Source of the DNA: Malacoraja senta
Lineage: Eukaryota
Assembly: GCA_038087875.1 (NCBI GenBank)
Contig: CM075980.1
Coordinates: 21,700,001-21,764,000 of the forward strand
Reading direction: 5' to 3'
DNA length: 64,000 nucleotides
In this document: piece by piece, positions 28,201 to 40,200 of the stretch
How positions within the stretch are numbered: position 1 is the first letter of the stretch
How the letters are laid out: every line of letters begins with the position of its first letter
The notes under the pieces: generated by a model
Seen by the model: the letters and a program-made list of their open reading frames with translations, nothing else
Database searches by the model: none
What the model was told of the DNA's origin: nothing
Translations under genes and position numbers: made by a program

Positions 28201-31200
28201 TACAAGATGGAAGCAAGATAATCGGTTGTAAAAAGGGTGGTTTTATATGGTCAACCATTTGAATAAAAAGCTTTATGAGATGATTATTGGTAGTTTCTTC
28301 TAAATACAGTATTAACATTTAATTTCCGACTTCCAATATTGTATTGCTATATTCGAAAATGTTCTGGATAAATTGTGTAATAACTTGTATTGTCCAACAA
28401 CCAGTTTATTCCAGAAATAGTAAACCACAGATGATTCAATGGCTCTTGCATTAATCTGTTCTTTGTGTTGCAGGATAGTAAAACCACAGTGACAGTGTTT
28501 CATTTTCGCAATAATTCTTGGATGTATTTAGGAAGGCAAAATGCACACTTTAAACCAATTAAAACTCTCATGTTCGGGATATATTTGGATGATAACCAAC
28601 CCAGACTATTGTCTCTTGGAGAGGACAGGGTACTGGTAAGTGAATGTTTAATGCTCCATCTTGGGTATCTGCTTTCATTACTAAAAATCATTATTTTTAA
28701 AATATTGCCCAGAGTGGCAAAAGGGAATATTAAATGTGCAGTAAAATAGTCAATATGATTTAGCAGTGAGCAATTGCATACTATCAAGTTATAAACCAAG
28801 TAAGAAATATACAATTGCACTGCTAGCTTCAGAAATCTGTTAGTCACTCATTTGATGAAATTAGCTTTTGTGCTATTTAGAAGGTATAAAAATAACAGGA
28901 AGTAAACGAGAAATCCGTGTTTAATCTTTTTAAAAATGGTTTGATGTTGATATGTTTCTAATATTGGTTTATTTTGTAGTGGATACCCATCTGGATCCCA
29001 CTAACTTAAATTAACTATTTTGGAGTTCACCTCATTCTGATTTCCTTCCTAAAGTTTCATAATTAAATATCATGGATCATTTGTAGATATTTGAATCATT
29101 GCATATTCAGTATGCAAGATTTTTGATTATTCTGGGCAAAATGCAGGCAAATGACACCAGCCTATAATGCCAACTTGGTCGGCATGGACAGGGTGGGCGG
29201 AAGGGCCTATTTCAATGCTGTATTGACTTTGTGACTTTGTTTTCTACTCTTTATCTGACAGTACAATGTATGTGTTATTATTTCATTCCATCCATTTCTT
29301 GTTTTATATTTGATTCAATGGTACTTTATTTGTCACATGTACAGAGGTACAGTGAAATTCTTTTTTGTAAACAGTTCAGTACAAGTATCACTATACATAA
29401 GCACTTAGATATATCTTAGATAAGCATCTCAGATCTAGTACAAGTGAATGGCAGTAGTATGCTGAGACAGTATACAGAGTCATCAGTTTGGTGCCATTTT
29501 CAAGTCCCAGTTGTTGTAAGTGCAGGGTTCTTGACCTGACCATGAAGGCCCATTGCCCTGGCGGCGTTGTTTTGGGGTGGGCCTTACCAAGCGTGGCTGT
29601 GGTGTCCTCTTTTACTGCAATTTTAATCAATGACTATAATTTTTTTCTAGTTTTGAAAGATATAAGAAAATAATGGCTGTACACCTCATTTAACAAATGT
29701 TTTTTTTAATTCCTCAGGTAGAGTATGATCTGGAAAATAGTACTGAGGTTGATTTGCGGATCTTGAGGAGTGAGAGAATAGAACAAAGTGCTATACCCAT
29801 GTGCATGGCCTGGTATCCACCGATCACTAAAGAGAGTTTCATTATCACAGCCAACGACCAGTATAAACTAAAACTCTACAACGCCACAACCAACATGTGC
29901 AGGTTTGTGAAACCCATTTATTCAAACATAGCATAATGACTTTGCTTCAAAATCAAATCTTTTCAAGGCACTCACCTGACAACTGGATCATTCTGATAGT
30001 TCTATTCTAAGCTGCCCTCAGTCTGAAAGGACCAGATCCGAAATGGCGTCTGTCCATTCCCTCCACAATTGAAGCTTGACTGGCTGTGTTACTCCAACAC
30101 TTTTGTGTCTCACAAAAGATAGATATATTTTGACTCCCAAATATTTTGAATTTTCCCTACCATAGTGGTCATTGAGAACATTCAAATCTGAGATCGATGT
30201 TTTGAAATAAGAAACATGTAGAAACATAAGAAAATGTAAGTACACAAAAATGCTGGAGAAACTCAGCGGGTGCAGCAGCATCTATGGAGCGAAGGAAATG
30301 GGTAACGTTTCGGGCCGAAACCCTTCTTCAATGTAGGGATTGGGTAGAAAAGTGGATTTGAGATCCAAGATGACTCATTGTCATTTTGAAAGACGGGGAA
30401 AGCTCAAGGGGAACTGTAACCTACTGCTACGGTTTCTTATGTTAATTTTATATCTGTTGCTTAGTTCTATGGATAACCTTTACAGAGTCAATGTACATTA
30501 ATGTATCAATTCTAGTGGCATTCTCCTTTGTCCTTGCATGATTTGAAGAAAGCAACTGTTATCTTAATTTCATTGTGATTTGTTTATTAATCCAATTAAA
30601 CTCGTGCTTATTTGGTATACTGCTGATTAGAAATTGATTGCAATTTTGTAATTTTAACACCTGATGTGTGTTGACATTGTGCAATTCTCTTTACCCTGAT
30701 GTGTTTAAATTGTTTCTTTCTCCACAGAAAGACAGTATTGGGTCCGATCTATGAATCTCCCTTAAAAAAAATTAAGATCCTCCCTTTCTCAAGCACCAAT
30801 GAACCTAAAGTTGGTTATTTAGCCTATATCACAGATAACAAGGTATACATTCATCTACAAAAAAAATTGCAGCTGTGCTGCAATTTTAAGTTTTTCACTT
30901 TGAGATAATTTTTTTGTAATATTCTTCAGGATGTATTTGAAAGTTTCCGAAAATACTTCTTCGTGAATTTGTAGAATCCACTAAATCTCACGACCGAAAG
31001 TAAAGGACAAGCGACACCAAGCTTTGCCAAACACCTTGTGCCTCCTTTATTCCAGAACACCCTTTTAACATAAAAGCTCCTCAGAACTCCTTGTGTGCAG
31101 ATAAGGCCTATTCATGCGATTGCCCTCGGAGTTGTTATCCCGCTCTCTTTTCTCCACCTTCACCTCCGGCTCTGGCTCCTGCCAGTGGTAACAAGCTGTA

Positions 31201-34200
31201 CGAAAAACCACGTGGGCATGAAGACGCCACAGCTCCCCCCTTAGCCACCGAGTCACACAAGGTGGCGACTGCCTGGCTTTGTCCTGCCCCGTACCTGTCT
31301 GGTGGATTGATTTTACGGCCTGATCTCGTTTGGTACTGCAGTGTGGGAGGTCTTTGACAGGAAGTGTTCGTGTCCTGTGACTTCGCCAGCTCAGTGAGTG
31401 AGGTCGTCAGTTGGTTCTCGACATATGCTGGCTTTAACCGGTCGACGAATACAGTGTCCATTTTTCTGTTCTGATTGATTACGAAACTCTTGGGTAGGCG
31501 TTGGATGACTTGTATGCTTGCTGAAGAGATCGGCGGACGGTGTCGTGTCGGACCAAAACATGTGTGCAGCTTTGGAGATCAGTAGGCACGTAGACCATTT
31601 CAGGTGTCGGCCTGAGTAGCTGCATAGTTCGCCGTAATCGATCAACATACCTGTTTGGGTCATTGGATCTGTCTGTGGGAATTGGTTCAACAAATTCGCC
31701 AAGCAGCTTCAGAGTTGTGCCATAAACCATTTCCGCCGACGAACATCCTAGGTCTGCTTTCACCACCGTACGAATGCCAAGCAGAACCAGAAGCAACCGT
31801 TCACTCCAGTTCGACGCGTCTCCTCCGGCTGCCAGAGCGGCTTTCAACTGGCGATGGAACCGTTCAATCAGGCTGTTTGCTTGTGGATGATACGCCGTCG
31901 TTCGAATCCGGTTCGTACCCAAAAGGTCGTTTAGTGTTTGAAACAGCGCAGACTTGAATTGCGGTTTTCGGTCTGTTGTGATCATACATGGGACCCCAAA
32001 GACCGAAATCCATCGGTCAACAAAAGCTATTGTTTCTGCTGAAATGTTGATGACTGGGATAGCATCTTGCCATCTTGTGAACCGGTCTTCACAAATGAGC
32101 AGATATGTGTAGTTCTTTGACGGTGGGAGTGAGCCGACCAAGTCCAGGTGCACGTGCTCGAAACGGGTGTTCGGTACGGGAAACTCACCAAAAGGGGTCC
32201 TAGTGTGCCTGGAGATCTTGGATTGTTGACACGGTAGACAAGCCTTTGCCCACAATCCAACGTCCCACTTGACGAAAGGCCAGATGAAACATTCAGAGAT
32301 TAGCCTTATCGTAGCCTTCTTGCCCAGATGTGATAAATTATGCAGCGTGCTGAAAACTTCTCGACGCATCCTCCTAGGCACAAACGGCCTAGGTTTGCCA
32401 GTGGAAGTGTCACAAATGATGGTTTCTCTCGTGTCACCGATAGGTACATCTTCCAATTTTAGGGCTGTATGTGTCCGCTGGTAATGAATAAGATTGGGAT
32501 CACTATGCTGCGCGCGAGCCATGGCATAAAAATCTATGAGTGTGGCCGCATTCAGAGCATCCACCTCCAGTCTTGATAGGGAGTCGGCAACCAGATTTGC
32601 TTTTCCTTGAATGTGCCTGATATCACTGGAGAATTGCAGAACGAAATCCAAGTGGCGGATTTCCCGCGGTGAATAGGTCCCCACACTTGTACGAGCAGTG
32701 TATGTGAGCGGTTGGCGATCCGTATAAATAGTGAAGGAACAGCCTTCCAACAGATGGCAGAAATGCTTGACGACGAGGTACATTGCCAAAAGTTCTCGCC
32801 CGAACATACTGTACCTCACCTGAGTGTGTGATAATTTTGCCGAAAAGAATGCCAGAGGCTCCCACCTGCCGTTGATTCGCTGCTCCACGACGGCGCCCAC
32901 GGCGTTGACGGAGGCATCAGTGGTGAGTGAAAATAAGGCATTGAGCACCTGATGGACCAGTATAGTTGCGTCGGCGAGAGTCCTCTTAGCAGCGTTGAAG
33001 GCTTGCACTGCATCCTCGGGTAAACTCAACGGTTTCTTTGAAGACGATTTGTCCGAACCTTTGAGTAAGTTGGTCAAGGGTAATAGGGTCCCTCCAGCGT
33101 TCGGTAGAAAGCAGCATTCGAAATTCATCATTCCCAAAAATCGCCGTAATTGGTTTAACGAATTTTGCACTGGGTAATTTCGGGATTTCCTGCACCTTTG
33201 ATTTGCTGGGCAGGATGCCATTCTCCGTCACGCGATGCCCGAGGAAAGTGAGTTCGCGAGCGCCAAACACGCATTTGTTCGTTTTAATGACGATACCATA
33301 TTCGTCAAGACACCGGAACAGTAATCCAAGGTGTTCCTTGTGTTCGTCTTCACTGGAGCTCGCTACCAACACGTCGTCGATGTATGCGTAGTCGAAATCG
33401 AGACCAGAGGGTACGTGATCCATGAAACGCTGGAATGATTGCACTGCGTCCAGTACACCAAACGGCATCCGTAGAAATTCGAACGTCCCGTGTGACCACG
33501 ACTGTCTTGGGAATATTGGCAGGCTCAACCCGGAATTTGATAATAGGCGCGCACGAGATCGATGCTTATGAACACCCACTTACCCTGTAGGCTTGCAGAG
33601 AAATCCTGAAAATGTGGAATGCTGTATCCATCTGGAATAGTGCCACTTTTTAGTGCACGGTAGTCACCGCCGGGTCGCCAATCTCCGGGAGTCTTCTTCG
33701 GGATCATGTGAAGAGGTGATGCCCAACAACTCTTAGACCTACGGATGATCCCGAGCTCTAACATATGGTCATATTCTGCCTTTGCCACCTTGAGGCGATC
33801 CACGGGTAACTTGCGTGCTCTTGCCGAAACTGGAGGGCCGTGGGTCTGAATATGATGCGTGACAAAGTGTTTGGCATCATTGTGCCGGTAAGACAGAGTT
33901 ATTAATCGCGGAAATTGTTTCAGTTATTCCTGATATGGGCCGATGCCAGGTTGGAGGCTGGTACGGTGAGAGATAGTCATTGCCTGACGGCAGATACTGT
34001 TCACCTTTGTGCAAGTGCAGCAGTCACTCAAGTGGCAATTTCTTAAATCCACCAGCAAAGAAAAGTGAAAGAAAATCCGCTCTGATAATAGGTTTTGATA
34101 CGACGTGAAAATCCAGCAAAACGTTTTCTGTCAAGCGTGACTGATTTCTGACCGAATGTCTGTATGCTAGAATTGTTCGCAGCAGTGAGAACGCATCCGG

Positions 34201-37200
34201 GGTTAGGGTGTAAACACTCTTGGGAACTGCGAGGAATGACTCGGCGGCGGAGTCAATAAGATATTGTCTTGATACAATAAGATCATGAGAAAAAGATGGA
34301 AGATCCCATTCTGTTTTTCTTTTACTTTTTTGCTGAATAGTATTCAATGCGGTCAAAATATTAGTGTCTAGACAGTGGAACAGCCAACAACTTCTGCTGT
34401 ACGTATTTTAATGTGAATCTAACTGAAAACATGAAGGGAAATACACCTGCGAATGAAAAATAGTTTTCATCAAAATAATTTAAATGAATCCTTATATATG
34501 CGAATCAACTGATTTTAATGAATCGGTTCTCTTGGACCAAGATATATTTGTATAATATGATAGATATGTAATTTAATAATTCTGCTATTTGAAAAAGGCA
34601 ATGGATATGTCTACTAAGATTTTCTGGTTGAAGTCATGGATAAAAAGCTTAAATCCCGACTTAACCTGGTCCCGAAGGGATTCCGTAGTTTTTTAAGCAC
34701 CAACTTTTTATGCACTGACTTTTTACTCTCTAACTTTTTAATGAACTGCCTGACCCTGGTCCTGAAGGGATTCTGCAGATTTTTATAAATTCATATGTGG
34801 TAGGTGGATATTGTTGTCAAATCCAACATTTATTGCGCTATTTGATTGTGATCTGCTACCTAAACTATAGCAATAGACATTTGCGGATACATTTGTTTTG
34901 GAGAATGATTGAAAGAAGTTTTATTTTCAGAACCCAAACTCTTATAGAAGAGTCATGTACTAGTGTTGTGCTCTGCTTATTAGTACTGTAATAAAAGCAT
35001 TTATACCGTATAAAATCTAAAATTGTACTTTCTTGCAATGTGTTGTCCAGGTGGGTTTACAAACCCTACCGTTGGATGGAAACCCCCATAAATCCTGTGC
35101 ACTCATCTGCCATGGAAGTGTGGTGACTAATATTGCCTGCTCATATGATGGTCATTATATTTTTACAGCAGGAGGAGATGATTGTACTGTACATATGTGG
35201 AAAGTTGACCTGGAGTAAGTACATTTGTTTATTCCTTCTCGGAAAAATTGTCCTCAACAATAGGACTTTACAAGAATCTCTCAAATTTGCTATTTGTGGA
35301 CAGACACAAATTGCTGGAGTAACTCAGCGGATCAGGGAACATTCCTGGAGAATATGGATAGGTGACGCTTCAGAGTAAAGGTTCCAACCAGAAATGTGAC
35401 CTACAAATATTGTCTTCCTGTGACCGTGTAGGTTTTCTCTGGGTGCTCCGGTTTCTTCCCACATTCCAAAGATATGCAGGCTTGTGGGTTAATTGGCTTC
35501 TGTAAATTCTCCCTAGTGTGTAGGACTAGTATGAATGTGTGATCATTGGTCAGTGCAGAACCGGTGGGCCAAAGGATTTGTTTCCATGCTGTATCTCTAA
35601 ACAAAACTGAACTAAACTTCTACTTAGATAATGTTTTTAATGTACTCAAATATCTAGAGGCACTAGATATTTGAGTACAAACAAAAGATAATTGTGACAA
35701 GCCACATAAGAAGAAATTTATCAAGATTGCTGAAGACTTGGTCAAAGAGATGGATTCAATAAGGAAAACAGAAAAGTATTGACATCTTGTGAGGGAATTT
35801 CCAAATTCAGGGTCTTGACAGTTAAAGGCATGGGATCAATGGTGGAATTAAAGTCTGGAGGAAATTGAAAACATGACAATCTTAAAAATAGAGACATTGC
35901 CTAAACGGGAGCTAGTGTAGATCAACAAGTTTGCCATTCTCTCTGTGACCCATGGATTTCCTCTTGGTGTTCCGGTTTCCTCACACATGTCAAAGATGTG
36001 TGGGTTTGTAGGTTGATTGGCCTCTTTAAATTGCCCCTAGTGTGTAGGGAGTGGATCCGAAAGTGAGATAGTATAGAACTAGTATAAATGGGTGATCGAT
36101 GGTCGGCATGGACTCTGTGAGTGGGAGGACTTGTTTCCAAGCTATATATTTAAATCAATTCTTTCAAACAAGTACAGAGATGACAGTTTTAAGGCACTAA
36201 GGGAGTTTTGCATGACATCAAAATCATGGAGATAGGCTTGCTAAGTGTGCATTGGAATAGTCAAAATAAAAGGCAAGACAGACATGGATGAAGGTTTTAG
36301 GTGTAGATGAGCAAGAATGGACGGGCATTGTGAAGATGGCTCTCATTAGTGATAATGTGATAATCAATGTCAAAACTTTGCAGCTCATATGTAAAATCAA
36401 GGTAGCAAACAAACTGGATTTGTTTCAAATAGTTGCAGAAAGAAAAGGGAATAAGTGGAAAGGGGATGCAGTTTCTGATGGGAATCCATTACTAAATATC
36501 AGGCAAACAGCATAATAATTTGGAGAAGTCATGAGAGAAATGGTGAAAAAAGCGCCAATATTCTTGTTTATACAATCTTGATTATAAATTATAAATTGTT
36601 ACATTGGACTATGACTTAAACTAGAGATACACACAATTTTCTTTCTTTACGTTGCAAGAGAATTATATTTTTCCAGACTTTGCTACCAAAATAATGCTTT
36701 ATATGCCCGATTTTATAAAAAAATAAATCATCCAGCAATTTATGGCAACAATTATACTCTGTGAAGAGTGAATTGCCAGAAGTGTTGGATGATATGCTGT
36801 GAGCCACTAAAACATAATTCTTAATCTCATTGTTGTATTAAATTGTCACATATTATTTACTAATATGAATATTGACTTTAAATGATAGGATTGCTACTAA
36901 ACAATTATTGGACCTTTTTTAAAAAGAGGAATTAAATGGCAATAAACCAATCTGATTCTGAAAGCTTAAATGGTGGAGTTTCAATCCTATAAATAGTAAA
37001 TTGTTCAGAGAATTATAAAATTATAATTGAAAAGATTTTTTTATTTGTACATTTCCTTTGCCCTTTTCTCTCTCAATCCAGTCTTTCTTCGAGGTCAATA
37101 CGTTTCATTGGTCACCTTGATTCTCTCAGCACTTGCTGCTGATTTAGTCTGACAGCTGTATCCTTCAGGATTTGACCAGCTACATCATCTGTGGTTTTTC

Positions 37201-40200
37201 AGAACCACTCTCAGAGATGATCATTGATATTTCCCATCCAAAGCATATTCTGTGCTATTCTCAGTGCTCCTTTCAAGCATTATTCCACAAGAGCACTAAT
37301 TCACCAATTAGTGGAGTGGTAACAAACAGATTTCCTTCTCCATCTTTTGGCTAAAGTATTGAGGTTTTACAGGATTCCGAGCAACACTTTCTGACCATGT
37401 AGCATTGTGGCACCTCGCATATATTGTCCGTCCTAGTAATGACATTGCTAGTAATGATGGAGAAATTTGGACGTCAGCTAATTTCCTATTTTTGGGATCT
37501 ACAACCAAACACTGCAAGGTTTATTTAATTCTCCCCATCAATCACTCAGTTTCTATTCTGATTGGCATAGAATAACCTGTTAGGTTGCGCACAAATATAG
37601 GAAAAGTGATGTAGGACCAACAGTACCATCCACATTGCCATGCTTTGGTAATTACTAAACATAGCACAACAATATGAGTACATTGTCCAATGCATAGCTC
37701 ACTAATGCGTGTGAAATTTCTTTCACACGTAAAGGAGCAAAGGATTATCAGAAATATTTTTGCTTCAGTAATTATGTTTGCAGTTGACTCAATCGGTAAG
37801 TACAATTGAACTTTTACATTATGTCTCATCAGAAGAATAAATGTTAAGTAAGTATAACTGCTATGTTGTGGCATTAAAGGGCTCATGAAGCAGTAATTGC
37901 ACTTGGAGGCGAGGATTTGATACCATTTTATGGTTTATTGGAAGGTGGAAGAGATGGTGAATTATTTAAGGTAATAACCTTTCAGGATTGTTCTTGATTA
38001 ATTTGTTGAATTTTGTAAATGATAATGAAAGTTACAGGAACAATTATGTAATCTGCCTGTCGCTTTCATTGTTCTATAGATTGGCGTTTAAGTAAGAATT
38101 ATCCATTTTAACATGATAATCTTGAAATCCTTTAATACATGCTGTTCTCTGAAAAGTAATTAAAAAAATTATCCTCTGCACAAATATTCACATAGACACA
38201 CACTAATATACAAATGTTTACATGCAAGCACACAATTGTAAAAATCAATATTTATCCTATTTTGGTTCTGTTATGTATATTTATCAAGGTTTGTGAATGT
38301 AATTCTATACACTGCTGTATCCTTGAGATATATAATGCTCACATGATTCATTACATGTATTTTAAGCATTATTGGTAAAAAATCTGTCTAAATAACCGAT
38401 GAACAGTTCCACATTTTATATAGAATGCTTGCAGATACTTGCACATGAAGATGAAAACTGATCCCCCACTTGGAATTAATTGAGAAACTTATTGCATATG
38501 GAACGTCACACTGTCTGAAATGGAAAAGACAAAGAGTTGGAAATTCTGTCAATGTTGGTGTGATCAATTAATATCTTGTGTTTTAATGTTTCATAAAGGA
38601 GATGGAGAACTATTTCTATTACTCACAATTGCGCTATCAGCATATCAGTACCAGGGAGACCAGGAAGGTCTCGACTCATATTCCCCTGCAGGAAATTCCA
38701 TTTATCATGAGGGCACTGGGATTCTATCCCACAGAGAAAGAGGTACAATGTATACATTGATTCCAGAAAATTACATGCAGTCTAATATGTGTTTATGTGA
38801 AGTTCCTTGACAATGAAAGCCAAACCAAACACGAAGCTGAGGTATCATGCAGTAGAATTAAGACGGAAGGTCTTGGGCAAAGAAGTGATGGAACATTAAA
38901 TTTGGATTGGTTCATGAGAAACTCCAGATGTTTGAACCTGGGAAATGTGGGAAGCTACAGTGAAGTTAAAGAGGATTCAGTATAATGTAAATGATGTTTA
39001 CAGGTTGTGAACAGTGTGAGAAATGTAGAACAGGATAAGATTGTTGTGTTAAAAAGTTGAACAGAACTAAAAGAGAGGATAACAGTTGATAAAAAGGTCT
39101 CAACTTTCATTAGGAAGGCACCTTTACACGAGGTATTTAATTCATGAAAGACACTGTCTCCTACTAATGATCCTGTTGGTTTTCAGCAGATAAGATATCA
39201 ATCATAACTTTTATTTTCATGTGCAGGTTGAGGACATGCTGAATGAGGTTAAGTTCAGTAAATATGTGGCAACAGCAAAATATGTAACGCATATTGATTT
39301 AGGTGATTTTATTAAACTGTATATAAATCATCGTCCAGCTTTTGGTATATCTGCTTCAGACCTGGAGAAAACATTTGATATTCTTGGTTATCAAAATGAG
39401 AAGGAAGAAAAAGCAATAGCCTTACAAGAGCTACTACAATTATTACAAACTAGGGGTAAGTCAAAGAATAATTGAAATAAATGCTAAAATATTCACTAAA
39501 TTAAAAATGGTATATTTAAAGTGGCTATTTACAGAAATAAGTATTTAAACCTTTGTGGTAATGCCTTTATCCCCATTTTTCCATCTAACTTATTTTTAGA
39601 TTGAGATTTGTAAATTATAATAACTTACCATGAAGAAAATGAAGGGAAATAATTTAATTATGTAAACTTAAACAATAATTATAATTATTATGAACCCAGC
39701 AAGCGGATGGAGTCCCATTTCCTCTATTTAACTTTTATATGTGTTAAAAAAAAAGCAGAGTTGAAAATATAATTGCATTGGATTTGCTTTGTTTCTGCCC
39801 ATATCCAAACCAGGGAACACATTAGATAATGAATCTGTTTTTCACCTTGCTTTCTAGGTGAATGCATGTCGGAGGAAGAAGTTGCAGAAACACTCTCCAC
39901 ACTGCTCGGCTTGAATCCAGAGGGAGGAAGTTCCGCATTTGATGCCATAGGTGCCAATTGTTTTGATTTTTTTACCCTTTATACTTTATCTATATTTAGT
40001 TCATTGCATTTAGCATTGCTGTGGTTTTTTGATTCAGTAACATTTTAAATAAGAGAAATAATGCAATAGATGTTCCCAGATAAGGAATTTAGAGCAAAAA
40101 ATAAACTGCTGGAAGAACTCGGTGAATCAATCAGCATGGTTTAGCATGGTGGAGGCAAAGAGGCACGGTAGAGGCAAAGGTTTAGGTTTATTATTGTCAC

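Larger units (their letters stand above)
30970..34290 (-). mobile_element. Ty3/Gypsy LTR retrotransposon (CsRN1-like clade), 5'-truncated, frameshifted pol plus 3' LTR
   Basis: Domain order PR (YLIDSAAE...PIIRADFL), RT (WASPLHM, GDYRAL, YIDD), RNase H (TTDAS, RELLA), IN ([33 protein letters not shown]); PPT followed by a TG...CA LTR. Confidence 0.95.

Noticed and set aside
31479-33221. 580-aa ORF as a domesticated integrase gene
   Set aside because: Frameshifted continuation of pol with degraded motifs, an adjacent PPT/LTR and no own promoter or credible start
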